From Nemertoderma westbladi (taxonomy: Eukaryota > Animalia > Xenacoelomorpha), in NCBI GenBank assembly GCA_032718475.1, contig JAUCBJ010001619.1, forward strand, positions 1 to 42,835: a DNA stretch of 42,835 bases. The letters run 5' to 3'. A program made the translations under genes and the position numbers. Shown one piece after another: positions 22,803 to 36,317 of this stretch (position 1 is its first letter; each line of letters starts with the position of its first letter). The notes under the pieces were generated by a model that did not search any database, was not told the DNA's origin, and saw nothing but the letters and a program-made list of their open reading frames with translations.

Positions 22803-24844
22803 TGAACTTAAAACTAAAAAATTAACATTATGAATGGGAGATTATTTTAGTCTTATTAAGCCGGGGAATGTCTGTTCACCACCATGGCTATTCTCCCACA
22901 GTAAATAAACATTATTTTTGTAGAAAATTAACTGTAATAATAACTATTATTATTAATTTAATTATTGTTAACTACTACAATGATCTTTGAGTAATAAATG
23001 ATCTGATTTGGTTATATTGCTGTAATAATACGGGACATGCTCAAGAAAACAAATTGCTCTAATGTTGCAATGACGTCACTGCAAACCAGTATTACACCAG
23101 TAGTGCGTCAATATACCATTGTTTATATATATCGTTAATGATGCGAAAAAAAATTGTTATTTTTCTCGGTTTGAGATTAAATTTGTAAGGTATTTATTTA
23201 TTTACTGATTTGATAATTTATTTTAATTAATTAATTTATTACGTCAAGCTACTAAATATCGCGCGCTAGGCACCCACTGCGGCCTGTTCTGAAAAAGCTT
23301 GAAATGTACTATATTCGCACGCGCCAGCCAGTTATCAACAAGCAGAAACGTGATTGGCGCAAGTTTGCTGTGCTGCTTCCAAGTGGTTAGTTAGTATGTA
23401 TCAGCCCTATCACACTTTGCCTCTTCTTCTCCTTTGGGAACTTCACTCTACCGTCATCCTGCTAGTTTGAGCATCCTGAGAAAGCCCGCTGTATTGGGGC
23501 GAAACCTACCGATCAGCTGTCTGCAGTCGTTTGATCATTGATTACATGCATGTCTGGGTCTCCAGTCGACTTTTATTAACTCCGCGGCACGTAGCTCATA
23601 GACCATTTGACCTATGAGCTTGAAACTTATATCACAAACGCGCCTATATTGTTGGCATGCTCTCTGAAAATTTCAGCCAAAAGGCATGCAGTGGACAGCT
23701 AGGGGCAAGTCGTAGACATTGCGGCGCCAATTTCAGACAATTTGTGCCAATTTCGTAAGCGTTCTAGCTCTGTTACTATATAGCGGATCGAGACCGTTGC
23801 ACTTTTAATCAAAAGAGGGGGAGTGGAGCTACTTTATCAATATTTCAGATCCGCATCTCGATCAATTTTAGGGGGGTTAAAGGGGGGACAAAAAGGGGGG
23901 ACAAAAAGGGGGGACAAAAAGGGGGAAATCAATAAATCTCAAAAATACCACTTGGGGAAATTTAATTTTCTCAAAATTGTACGCTGAACTTTTTTTAAAC
24001 TTTAATATATTTTAGTACTATTCAATAGCTATCTACTGTATTTTGAACATTAAGCCTAAAACTATATTTTTCTGGGAGTAAATGGACAATGGAAATTTTT
24101 GTCCGCCAAAAATTCCGTTTTTTTTTTAAAAATCACGCAAATTTTAGAAAACCAATATCTCGATAAGCGTTGGTCTAGAGGTTCCAAAATAAAAATGAAG
24201 TCCGTCTGATTTTTTGAGTTCTACAAATCCACTATACATTGTTTTATAAAAAAAAATAATCTTCAGGGGCCATAGGGGGGACAAAATTTCTTTAAAAAGG
24301 GCCAATTTGTTTTACTAAATTGGCCATAAATTGGCCAAATGTGGTTTTCATTGAAAATGGTCTTATAACTTATTGAACCATTTATTCTTGCGCAACTTTT
24401 CACCAAATTTCAGCGTGTTTTTTATTTTTGGCCAAAAATCACAGTGCTTATGAGAGGAGAGTTGTAAATTTTTGATGATTTGCGAAAAAAAAAATTTTGC
24501 CCGAAAACACTTTTTCTGGTAAATATTGATGCGCTGATTCCAAATTTCGAAACCGTTTTCGATTACAATCAATAGAAAAAATAGAGCATTTTCAATTCTG
24601 GAATTTCAAATACAGTACTGTACGACAAAAAATTTTTTTTTTTGAATTTTTCCAAATCACTTAAATCTTATTGTATCAACTTATATTTGGTATTAGTAGA
24701 TGCGTAAACAGATTTTAAGTGTTTTAGGTATATTATGATGGAATTGTACCTATTTTACATACGGTGTTAGAAGCACTTAATTCCAGAATGACTGTGTGAA
24801 ACAAAAAGATAGCCATGAAACTGCAAAGTTAAAGTATTTTTATT

Positions 24845-25730
24845 CTTATAACGAACCTGCCTATTAATAGGCCAGGGTAGTTTTTGTCAAGAGTTGAGCC
24901 GTTCAAAAACACGATGTGGTTGTACGTGTGTGTGTATATGTATAACCATCCAACATCTCAAAACTCAAGCAGGTACGCAAAAATTTTAATAACAAACTCT
25001 ACATAGATTTTTGTTGCGCACAAAACTGTATATTTTTGTGGCGTTTCGATCACGGGGTTACTGAAAAATAGCGGTTTTGAAAATTTAATGTCGAATTCAC
25101 CGATTTCAACTCGTCGAGTATGCACCAACTTTTTCATTTGGGCTATTCAGTCATTTGAGCAACATATTTGAGCCTCAGAATCTTTTCAAATATCGCCAAT
25201 CTCGCACAGAACGTCGCCAAAATTTGTTAGTCCGGCAAAAAAAACTCACTAATTCGTCTAAAAGAGTTAAATTATTGGTTGCAGAATAATATGATTCAAC
25301 TAGAAAAGCCAGCAAGCTGGCTATAAGGAGACCGTCCATAGACAAACGTTGTGTTAGTTGGGTCCCTCCTCATTCATAATCATCAACCTATAAAACATTT
25401 GAACGGCCCAGTGCTTACAATGATATTCCCATAAGATTCACTGGGAAGAGCTATTTAGCTGGGGGGTAATACATTATACAAAATAACAGTTGATGTTTGA
25501 TTACTGTCTGGGTTAGAGTGAGATAGTAATAAATTTGGCAAGTAATATACTTCTCTTTTGTTTGGGCTATCCATTCAACAAATAGTAGTAGCTTACTAGG
25601 CCCACATGAGTACCAGCAGCTGGTGTTTCTATCGTTGAATTGATGGCAATTTTCGTGTTTTCATTTTCACTCTCCCAGGGTACTGGTTTCAGGGGCAGGT
25701 TCGTTTAAAGCCAGCTTGCTGGCTTTCTAG
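24845..25730 (+). mobile_element. Helentron/Helitron-like non-autonomous element
   Basis: subTIR AACGAACCTGCC (~24850) with hairpin, GT-rich microsatellite (~24926), inverted GGCAGGTTCGTT (~25694), 3' hairpin AGCCAGCTTGCTGGCT and terminal CTAG. Confidence 0.6.
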
Positions 25731-25812
25731 TGTAGAAAGTGTTTCTCCACAATCCTCATCAACACTTCTTGTGTTGATGGGATTGGGGCTATAAAATATA
25801 ATATGTTTATCC

Positions 25813-26687
25813 GGTGTTCGGACACTCCCCCCCCCCCCCCCCCGGACACTTCCCCCCGGACAGTTCCCCCCCGCTCATGTAGGACACTTCCCCCCCAAAC
25901 ACTCCCCCCCCCAGACACCCCCTTGCAATATTTTTAATAGGATTTTGTTGAATTATATAATATTGTAGTACTTTATATATTAATTTGGTTAACATTCAAT
26001 ACAGCTCCTACTTTAGGCTTAGTCAATTTATTATCTTATGATACAAACATGAATTGATTATTTCAAAACGGTCTCAAAGTCTACATACAAGTCTACATAC
26101 ACACGTCAACATTTGACTTACATTAGGAATATACTGGTTTCAATGGTGGTTGTTGTTTTATCCTAGTAGACTTATTGCTTGCTTATCTGTCAGTTTAGTA
26201 TTTTGTTATTAAAAAATAATGTGATTGATGTGTACTAATCCAAGCAGTAGACAATCTTGTGTTTCAATTTAACTTTACAACCCAGCCAAGTGAATGTCCT
26301 GGACCGTAATTGGTTGTATTCTAGCTTGTTGACCAGGGGAACTATCCAACCAGCGATTATCATTTCTGCCAGTTAGGCTAATAAAGATATTATAATAAAA
26401 AAAATGTGACTATGATATGAAAAACACACCATAGCACAAAAAGTACAAATGATGAAAAAAATATTTTATTACCATCAGAAAGCCAATTAAATTCTAGGAA
26501 AAGTCAATGAATTTCATAATAATACATAAAAATCATCATCATGAATTTCTAAAAATAAAAAGTGTTGGGCAGATTCTGCCCAACCCCAGGTGGAATAGGG
26601 TTAACTGGGGGGGAAGTGTCCGGGGGGCAAGTGTCCGGGGGGGAAGTGTCCGGGGGGGGGGGGGGGGGGGGGGAGTGTCCTAGATCC
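25813..26687. mobile_element. Mutator-like (MULE) non-autonomous foldback element
   Basis: Inverted subterminal arrays GGACACTTCCCCCC / GGGGGGAAGTGTCC, GG..CC termini, perfect 9-bp TSD TGTTTATCC at 25804-25812 and 26688-26696. Confidence 0.8.
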
Positions 26688-27083
26688 TGTTTATCCCCAT
26701 CCCTCCTGTATGACCCATCTATCCATGTATATTGCAGAGGTAACCAAATTTCTTATAACAATGGAATATTATACATACTATTATCTATTATATGTGGATA
26801 CGATAGGGGGGTAACAGGGGTTGTAGTCAGTGGGTTATGGAACAGAATGATGTGCAATTTTGTAAAATAACATATTTTAATGTTTTAGTATTTTAATTTT
26901 AACCTGCTCGCTCCCTTCTTCCCTCAATTGGTAACAAAATAGTTTTATTGTTTCGCTTAGAAAATTAATGATATAATGTTATTGTATGTCAGTAATGAGA
27001 ATTGTAATAATGTCAATATATTGTATTAATTGAAAGTACCGACATACTGACTAATGGGGCTTGGTGGTATAAAAATATAATAA

Positions 27084-30000
27084 ACTACTTAGGGCTTAAT
27101 GTCCTGATCCTATGTTTTTTTTGTTAGATTAAGGGGTGTAAGACTTCAGTGTTTAACCATTTATTATATTTATATACCACCAAGCCCCATTAGTCAGTAT
27201 GTCGGTACTTTCAATTATCACATTATGAAGTGAAGCAGAATTCCGACAATTACTGCAAATTGTAAAATCTAATATATTTTTTATACTGTGTGTGTTTGCC
27301 CCAGCAACCTACCAGTTTTCCAATGGTATCACTGATTTACTTACTGTATAGGGTTCCAATGTTCTGTGGTCTGATGTCTGTTTGGGATAGGTGGTAACAG
27401 AGTTCATGGTGCGATTTTTTAGGTCAATGGTGCAATATAGATAGGCTTTGGGTAATCCTTTGTCCAGCTGATGAGGTGTCGAGATTACCGCGTACTGGGT
27501 CTCAGACACCGAAACGCAACCATATTTTTGATAAAATTAATTATTTTTGCTTGAGTTCTACCCCTTTACGGCGACAAAATGTCATATATTTTTCTATGGA
27601 ATATAGGCTTAGCTATTGTGCAGTATACTACCGGTATCATTTAGTGTATGGCGGTTAGGTTAGGGTTAGGGAGCGATACATACCTGTATGTTGAGCATGT
27701 TTCAATATATTTGTTTATGTCGTTTTTTTTTGTATTATTTTGTGTCGTTTTTTTTTGATGGCCTTAGGGCTAAGTACTACTTAGGGCTTAATGTCCTGAT
27801 CCTATGTTTTTTTTGTTAGATTAAGGGGTGTAAGACTTCAGTGTTTAACCATTTATTATATTTATATACCACCAAGCCCCATTAGTCAGTATGTCGGTAC
27901 TTTCAATTATCACATTATGAAGTGAAGCAGAATTCCGACAATTACTGCAAATTGTAAAATCTAATATATTTTTTATACTGTGTGTGTTTGCCCCAGCAAC
28001 CTACCAGTTTTCCAATGGTATCACTGATTTACTTACTGTATAGGGTTCCAATGTTCTGTGGTCTGATGTCTGTTTGGGATAGGTGGTAACAGAGTTCATG
28101 GTGCGATTTTTTAGGTCAATGGTGCAATATAGATAGGCTTTGGGTAATCCTTTGTCCAGCTGATGAGGTGTCGAGATTACCGCGTACTGGGTCTCAGACA
28201 CCGAAACGCAACCATATTTTTGATAAAATTAATTATTTTTGCTTGAGTTCTACCCCTTTACGGCGACAAAATGTCATATATTTTTCTATGGAATATAGGC
28301 TTAGCTATTGTGCAGTATACTACCGGTATCATTTAGTGTATGGCGGTTAGGTTAGGGTTAGGGAGCGATACATACCTGTATGTTGAGCATGTTTCAATAT
28401 ATTTGTTTATGTCGTTTTTTTTTGTATTATTTTGTGTCGTTTTTTTTTTGATGGCCTTAGGGCTAAGTACTACTTAGGGCTTAATGTCCTGATCCTATGT
28501 TTTTTTTGTTAGATTAAGGGGTGTAAGACTTCAGTGTTTAACCATTTATTATATTTATATACCACCAAGCCCCATTAGTCAGTATGTCGGTACTTTCAAT
28601 TATCACATTATGAAGTGAAGCAGAATTCCGACAATTACTGCAAATTGTAAAATCTAATATATTTTTTATACTGTGTGTGTTTGCCCCAGCAACCTACCAG
28701 TTTTCCAATGGTATCACTGATTTACTTACTGTATAGGGTTCCAATGTTCTGTGGTCTGATGTCTGTTTGGGATAGGTGGTAACAGAGTTCATGGTGCGAT
28801 TTTTTAGGTCAATGGTGCAATATAGATAGGCTTTGGGTAATCCTTTGTCCAGCTGATGAGGTGTCGAGATTACCGCGTACTGGGTCTCAGACACCGAAAC
28901 GCAACCATATTTTTGATAAAATTAATTATTTTTGCTTGAGTTCTACCCCTTTACGGCGACAAAATGTCATATATTTTTCTATGGAATATAGGCTTAGCTA
29001 TTGTGCAGTATACTACCGGTATCATTTAGTGTATGGCGGTTAGGTTAGGGTTAGGGAGCGATACATACCTGTATGTTGAGCATGTTTCAATATATTTGTT
29101 TATGTCGTTTTTTTTTGTATTATTTTGTGTCGTTTTTTTTTGATGGCCTTAGGGCTAAGTACTACTTAGGGCTTAATGTCCTGATCCTATGTTTTTTTTT
29201 TTGTTAGATTAAGGGGTGTAAGACTTCAGTGTTTAACCATTTATTATATTTATATACCACCAAGCCCCATTAGTCAGTATGTCGGTACTTTCAATTATCA
29301 CATTATGAAGTGAAGCAGAATTCCGACAATTACTGCAAATTGTAAAATCTAATATATTTTTTATACTGTGTGTGTTTGCCCCAGCAACCTACCAGTTTTC
29401 CAATGGTATCACTGATTTACTTACTGTATAGGGTTCCAATGTTCTGTGGTCTGATGTCTGTTTGGGATAGGTGGTAACAGAGTTCATGGTGCGATTTTTT
29501 AGGTCAATGGTGCAATATAGATAGGCTTTGGGTAATCCTTTGTCCAGCTGATGAGGTGTCGAGATTACCGCGTACTGGGTCTCAGACACCGAAACGCAAC
29601 CATATTTTTGATAAAATTAATTATTTTTGCTTGAGTTCTACCCCTTTACGGCGACAAAATGTCATATATTTTTCTATGGAATATAGGCTTAGCTATTGTG
29701 CAGTATACTACCGGTATCATTTAGTGTATGGCGGTTAGGTTAGGGTTAGGGAGCGATACATACCTGTATGTTGAGCATGTTTCAATATATTTGTTTATGT
29801 CGTTTTTTTTTGTATTATTTTGTGTCGTTTTTTTTTGATGGCCTTAGGGCTAAGTACTACTTAGGGCTTAATGTCCTGATCCTATGTTTTTTTTGTTAGA
29901 TTAAGGGGTGTAAGACTTCAGTGTTTAACCATTTATTATATTTATATACCACCAAGCCCCATTAGTCAGTATGTCGGTACTTTCAATTATCACATTATGA

Positions 30001-32712
30001 AGTGAAGCAGAATTCCGACAATTACTGCAAATTGTAAAATCTAATATATTTTTTATACTGTGTGTGTTTGCCCCAGCAACCTACCAGTTTTCCAATGGTA
30101 TCACTGATTTACTTACTGTATAGGGTTCCAATGTTCTGTGGTCTGATGTCTGTTTGGGATAGGTGGTAACAGAGTTCATGGTGCGATTTTTTAGGTCAAT
30201 GGTGCAATATAGATAGGCTTTGGGTAATCCTTTGTCCAGCTGATGAGGTGTCGAGATTACCGCGTACTGGGTCTCAGACACCGAAACGCAACCATATTTT
30301 TGATAAAATTAATTATTTTTGCTTGAGTTCTACCCCTTTACGGCGACAAAATGTCATATATTTTTCTATGGAATATAGGCTTAGCTATTGTGCAGTATAC
30401 TACCGGTATCATTTAGTGTATGGCGGTTAGGTTAGGGTTAGGGAGCGATACATACCTGTATGTTGAGCATGTTTCAATATATTTGTTTATGTCGTTTTTT
30501 TTTGTATTATTTTGTGTCGTTTTTTTTTGATGGCCTTAGGGCTAAGTACTACTTAGGGCTTAATGTCCTGATCCTATGTTTTTTTTGTTAGATTAAGGGG
30601 TGTAAGACTTCAGTGTTTAACCATTTATTATATTTATATACCACCAAGCCCCATTAGTCAGTATGTCGGTACTTTCAATTATCACATTATGAAGTGAAGC
30701 AGAATTCCGACAATTACTGCAAATTGTAAAATCTAATATATTTTTTATACTGTGTGTGTTTGCCCCAGCAACCTACCAGTTTTCCAATGGTATCACTGAT
30801 TTACTTACTGTATAGGGTTCCAATGTTCTGTGGTCTGATGTCTGTTTGGGATAGGTGGTAACAGAGTTCATGGTGCGATTTTTTAGGTCAATGGTGCAAT
30901 ATAGATAGGCTTTGGGTAATCCTTTGTCCAGCTGATGAGGTGTCGAGATTACCGCGTACTGGGTCTCAGACACCGAAACGCAACCATATTTTTGATAAAA
31001 TTAATTATTTTTGCTTGAGTTCTACCCCTTTACGGCGACAAAATGTCATATATTTTTCTATGGAATATAGGCTTAGCTATTGTGCAGTATACTACCGGTA
31101 TCATTTAGTGTATGGCGGTTAGGTTAGGGTTAGGGAGCGATACATACCTGTATGTTGAGCATGTTTCAATATATTTGTTTATGTCGTTTTTTTTTGTATT
31201 ATTTTGTGTCGTTTTTTTTTGATGGCCTTAGGGCTAAGTACTACTTAGGGCTTAATGTCCTGATCCTATGTTTTTTTTGTTAGATTAAGGGGTGTAAGAC
31301 TTCAGTGTTTAACCATTTATTATATTTATATACCACCAAGCCCCATTAGTCAGTATGTCGGTACTTTCAATTATCACATTATGAAGTGAAGCAGAATTCC
31401 GACAATTACTGCAAATTGTAAAATCTAATATATTTTTTATACTGTGTGTGTTTGCCCCAGCAACCTACCAGTTTTCCAATGGTATCACTGATTTACTTAC
31501 TGTATAGGGTTCCAATGTTCTGTGGTCTGATGTCTGTTTGGGATAGGTGGTAACAGAGTTCATGGTGCGATTTTTTAGGTCAATGGTGCAATATAGATAG
31601 GCTTTGGGTAATCCTTTGTCCAGCTGATGAGGTGTCGAGATTACCGCGTACTGGGTCTCAGACACCGAAACGCAACCATATTTTTGATAAAATTAATTAT
31701 TTTTGCTTGAGTTCTACCCCTTTACGGCGACAAAATGTCATATATTTTTCTATGGAATATAGGCTTAGCTATTGTGCAGTATACTACCGGTATCATTTAG
31801 TGTATGGCGGTTAGGTTAGGGTTAGGGAGCGATACATACCTGTATGTTGAGCATGTTTCAATATATTTGTTTATGTCGTTTTTTTTTGTATTATTTTGTG
31901 TCGTTTTTTTTTGATGGCCTTAGGGCTAAGTACTACTTAGGGCTTAATGTCCTGATCCTATGTTGTTTTTTTTTGTTAGATTAAGGGGTGTAAGACTTCA
32001 GTGTTTAACCATTTATTATATTTATATACCACCAAGCCCCATTAGTCAGTATGTCGGTACTTTCAATTATCACATTATGAAGTGAAGCAGAATTCCGACA
32101 ATTACTGCAAATTGTAAAATCTAATATATTTTTTATACTGTGTGTGTTTGCCCCAGCAACCTACCAGTTTTCCAATGGTATCACTGATTTACTTACTGTA
32201 TAGGGTTCCAATGTTCTGTGGTCTGATGTCTGTTTGGGATAGGTGGTAACAGAGTTCATGGTGCGATTTTTTAGGTCAATGGTGCAATATAGATAGGCTT
32301 TGGGTAATCCTTTGTCCAGCTGATGAGGTGTCGAGATTACCGCGTACTGGGTCTCAGACACCGAAACGCAACCATATTTTTGATAAAATTAATTATTTTT
32401 GCTTGAGTTCTACCCCTTTACGGCGACAAAATGTCATATATTTTTCTATGGAATATAGGCTTAGCTATTGTGCAGTATACTACCGGTATCATTTAGTGTA
32501 TGGCGGTTAGGTTAGGGTTAGGGAGCGATACATACCTGTATGTTGAGCATGTTTCAATATATTTGTTTATGTCGTTTTTTTTTGTATTATTTTGTGTCGT
32601 TTTTTTTTGATGGCCTTAGGGCTAAGTACTACTTAGGGCTTAATGTCCTGATCCTATGTTTTTTTTGTTAGATTAAGGGGTGTAAGACTTCAGTGTTTAA
32701 CCATTTATTATA
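27084..32712. repeat. ~692-bp tandem array, 8 full copies plus ~85 bp
   Basis: Identical small ORFs recur at periods of 692, 693, 695, 692, 692, 692 and 696 bp. Visible differences lie in or beside T tracts. Confidence 0.97.
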
Positions 32713-33010
32713 TAATATATTGTATGTTATGGAGGGGGGCATGCATGGCGGGAATTGGGGGGTAAGAGGAATGTATGGGGTGTAATACAGGTTGGGAACA
32801 GCTAGCAGCTGTGAAGATTATTAGAGGTAACAGCTGTGAATTTATAGATTTAACATTAACTTTAATAAAATGATAAAAATACTGATAAACAATACTAATA
32901 ATATAATAACTAATGAATATTAATACTGATAAACATTATCGAATAAACCTCAAATTAACCAAGAATACAAAAATTACATCACTTAAAATTTTTTTTACGT
33001 GGTTGAAAAC

Positions 33011-34249
33011 ATGTTTAACATGCGTTTTTGTAAAAATTACAAAACATTAACTTTATTTACTTTCACGAGTGTAATAATACTTCTTTTGTACCTGGTACAG
33101 AGGAGAAGATATATTGTTCGAGATGGACTACTGATTCTTTCTAAGCCAGAAGCTGCGAAAAACGTGACGGAGAGATTGGTAGAGGAAATGGATGACATAA
33201 TATCAAACTCGGTTCAACCAAATGGAACGAATGCGACTATTTTGCATAGAAAATGCCATAGGAGAATGAATATTTTTTACCTGAAAACTCACAAAACCGG
33301 GTCCCGTACCACAGTTTCCATGGTTATTAATCACGTTATCGGTAACAATCTCACACCCGCGTTGTCTGACAAAGAATCCTTCGCGGAAAGGAGTGATCGA
33401 CAATGGAGTTACTGGTGGGGCCAACATTTAAACCCGTTCACTCGACACCCTAATGTTTCATTTGTCCACGGACGATTTAACATAGACGTTAAAAAGTTTA
33501 TGCCACGAGATACCCTGTATATTGTCGGCATCAGAGAGACTTCGAGACTTGTCCAATCATACATCACCTATTTTGGTCCTCACTCATTCTTTCGGGACGA
33601 AAATCATTTAGTACTCAAAAATGAGAATGTTATTTATAAATCTTTCATAAATAACGCAAAAGGTACGACGTTCAATAACAGATCTTTTATAAATCCTTTA
33701 CTATATGAACTGGGTTATAATGTAAATTCCCCCAATGAGAGTGATTATATTGATATTATAAAAGAAATTGATAGGGAATTTGATTTGGTGATTTTGTTGG
33801 AATATTTTGATGAGTCAATGATTTTGTTGAAAGATTTAATGTGTTGGGAATTTGAAGACGTTGTTTATAGGAGTAAAAAAAGTGGGAAAACCCAAAAACT
33901 TGACATTTTTGATGAAGAGAAACTCAGAAATATAAATATCGGAGATTGGAATCTTTACAAACATTTCAATAAAACACTTTGGGCTAAAATCGAAATGTAT
34001 GGGTTTGAGAGAATGGAGAAAGATCTAAAATTATTTAGAGAAATAAAGGAGCGAATTAATTCCTACTGTTTAGATGAAAAAATCAGCATTAAAACCAACG
34101 CGAATGAAGTAAAGTGTGTTATACTTTCCTGTGGTGATGAGAATAACATAGACCGAATGTTAACGGATCTGACAAATAAGAACAAAAACGTCGTTAAAGC
34201 TGTAGGTTTGTACCGCGAGGCAGTTCTAAATGGTACATTTAAATGTTAA
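33011..34249 (+). CDS. Galactose-3-O-sulfotransferase (GAL3ST family), type II membrane protein, coding region intronless
   Basis: N-terminal TM anchor, 5'-PAPS-binding motif IFYLKTHKTGSRT, family motif EFDLVILLEYFDESMILLKDLMCW, and DWNLYKHFNKTLW. First ATG at 33011. Confidence 0.93.
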   Translation: MFNMRFCKNYKTLTLFTFTSVIILLLYLVQRRRYIVRDGLLILSKPEAAKNVTERLVEEMDDIISNSVQPNGTNATILHRKCHRRMNIFYLKTHKTGSRTTVSMVINHVIGNNLTPALSDKESFAERSDRQWSYWWGQHLNPFTRHPNVSFVHGRFNIDVKKFMPRDTLYIVGIRETSRLVQSYITYFGPHSFFRDENHLVLKNENVIYKSFINNAKGTTFNNRSFINPLLYELGYNVNSPNESDYIDIIKEIDREFDLVILLEYFDESMILLKDLMCWEFEDVVYRSKKSGKTQKLDIFDEEKLRNINIGDWNLYKHFNKTLWAKIEMYGFERMEKDLKLFREIKERINSYCLDEKISIKTNANEVKCVILSCGDENNIDRMLTDLTNKNKNVVKAVGLYREAVLNGTFKC

Positions 34250-34903
34250 TAATGAAATAATAATTTAGTCTTCGTGATGTTAGAATAGGTATATTTACTA
34301 TAATTAATTTATTTGATGTTATATATAAAGTTATTTTTATCATCATTTACCCAATTTTGATGTTAACTCCACTTGACAAAAGAGGGATGAATTTAAGAGC
34401 ATAATTAATTATTATATGTGCAGATATAGAGTAAAGGAAGTTGAGGAAAGCCGGACTTTTAATTTAGTTTATATTACGCGATAAATTTTCACTCGTCATG
34501 AACCCAACATGTATGTGACCTTTTGTTAAATTTGTTGGCTATGCGTTTGCGGCTGTTTGGGCGGGCGTATGGTACACTTTTCACACTGAAACATTTTGGT
34601 TGTAAAATGTTACACGCATCAGAGATATTTCATTTATAATTTATAATAAATTAGTGTGAGAAGAAGAGCAAACAACGTATAATAACGTATGTAACGAAAT
34701 AATTGTTTTGGGGTTCAACTTGAAAGCTCAAAAACCTGCGAACCGACTGAGCGGGTTGCAGCCTAAGGAGGAACTACGAGCCTGAAAAAGGACTTGAAAC
34801 CCGACGGCAGCTGCATTCCCTCCCTGACTCGACGGACAGACACCCGACAGACATCGGACGGACACCCGACAGACATCGGACAAACACCCGACGGACACCC
34901 GAC

Positions 34904-34934
<31 letters not shown>

Positions 34935-35244
34935 GGGGGCAAAATATTATATAAAGTAAAGTCAGTGGCCTTATTAAATAAATTCATTTTACTGTAGGTT
35001 TATTTTATTGTGAATATTCTAATTTTTGGTGTGGGGAAACCCATATATTTTGAATCAGTTCATTTAGAAGGATCAGTAAATTTATGTTCAACCAACTCAT
35101 TCTTTTTACGACCTGGGTGACAAATTCTTCCCCATCAATAGTTCCGGTGACTATGAGGATCGCAAACCCACCAGGGAACTTACATCGGCGTCATTCCCCT
35201 GATCGAGAATTGATTGCAACAGTAATTATATTTCATATTATTTC

Positions 35245-36317
35245 CATGGTCATGGTCATGGTCATGGTCATGGTCTTGGTCATGGTCATGGTCATGGTCA
35301 TGGTCATGGTCATGGTCATGGTCATGGTCAAGGTCATGGTCAAGGTCATGGTCATGGTCATGGTCATGGTCATGGTCATGGTCATGGTCATGGTCATGGT
35401 CATGGTCATGGTCATGGTCATGGTCATGGTCATGGTCATGGTCATGGTCATGGTCATGGTCATGGTCATGGTCATGGTCATGGTCATGGTCATGGTCATG
35501 GTCATGGTCATGGTCATGGTCATGGTCATGGTCATGGTCATGGTCATGGTCATGGTCATGGTCATGGTCATGGTCATGGTCATGGTCATGGTCATGGTCA
35601 TGGTCATGGTCATGGTCATGGTCATGGTCATGGTCATGGTCATGGTCATGGTCATGGTCATGGTCATGGTCATGGTCATGGTCATGGTCATGGTCATGGT
35701 CATGGTCATGGTCATGGTCATGGTCACGGTCACGGTCACGGTCACGGTCACGGTCACGGTCACGGTCACGGTCACGGTCACGGTCACGGTCACGGTCACG
35801 GTCACGGTCACGGTCACGGTCACGGTCACGGTCACGGTCACGGTCACGGTCACGGTCACGGTCACGGTCACGGTCACGGTCACGGTCACGGTCACGGTCA
35901 CGGTCACGGTCACGGTCACGGTCACGGTCACGGTCACGGTCATGGTCATGGTCATGGTCATGGTCATGGTCATGGTCATGGTCATGGTCATGGTCATGGT
36001 CATGGTCATGGTCATGGTCATGGTCATGGTCATGGTCATGGTCATGGTCATGGTCATGGTCATGGTCATGGTCATGGTCATGGTCATGGTCATGGTCATG
36101 GTCATGGTCATGGTCATGGTCATGGTCATGGTCATGGTCATGGTCATGGTCATGGTCATGGTCATGGTCATGGTCATGGTCATGGTCATGGTCATGGTCA
36201 TGGTCATGGTCATGGTCATGGTCATGGTCATGGTCATGGTCATGGTCATGGTCATGGTCATGGTCATGGTCATGGTCATGGTCATGGTCATGGTCATGGT
36301 CATGGTCATGGTCATGG
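35245..36317. repeat. Hexamer microsatellite (GGTCAT)n, about 179 units, with a central (GGTCAC)36 block
   Basis: Directly visible. Variant block at 35722-35937. Confidence 0.98.

Noticed and set aside
27653-27671. Telomere or interstitial telomeric array
   Set aside because: Only about three TTAGG(G) units per monomer, too short to call a telomere.
27309-32510. Eight copies each of 66-aa and 60-aa ORFs as a tandem gene cluster
   Set aside because: Non-ATG starts, no recognisable motif, overlapping antisense. They only mark the array period.
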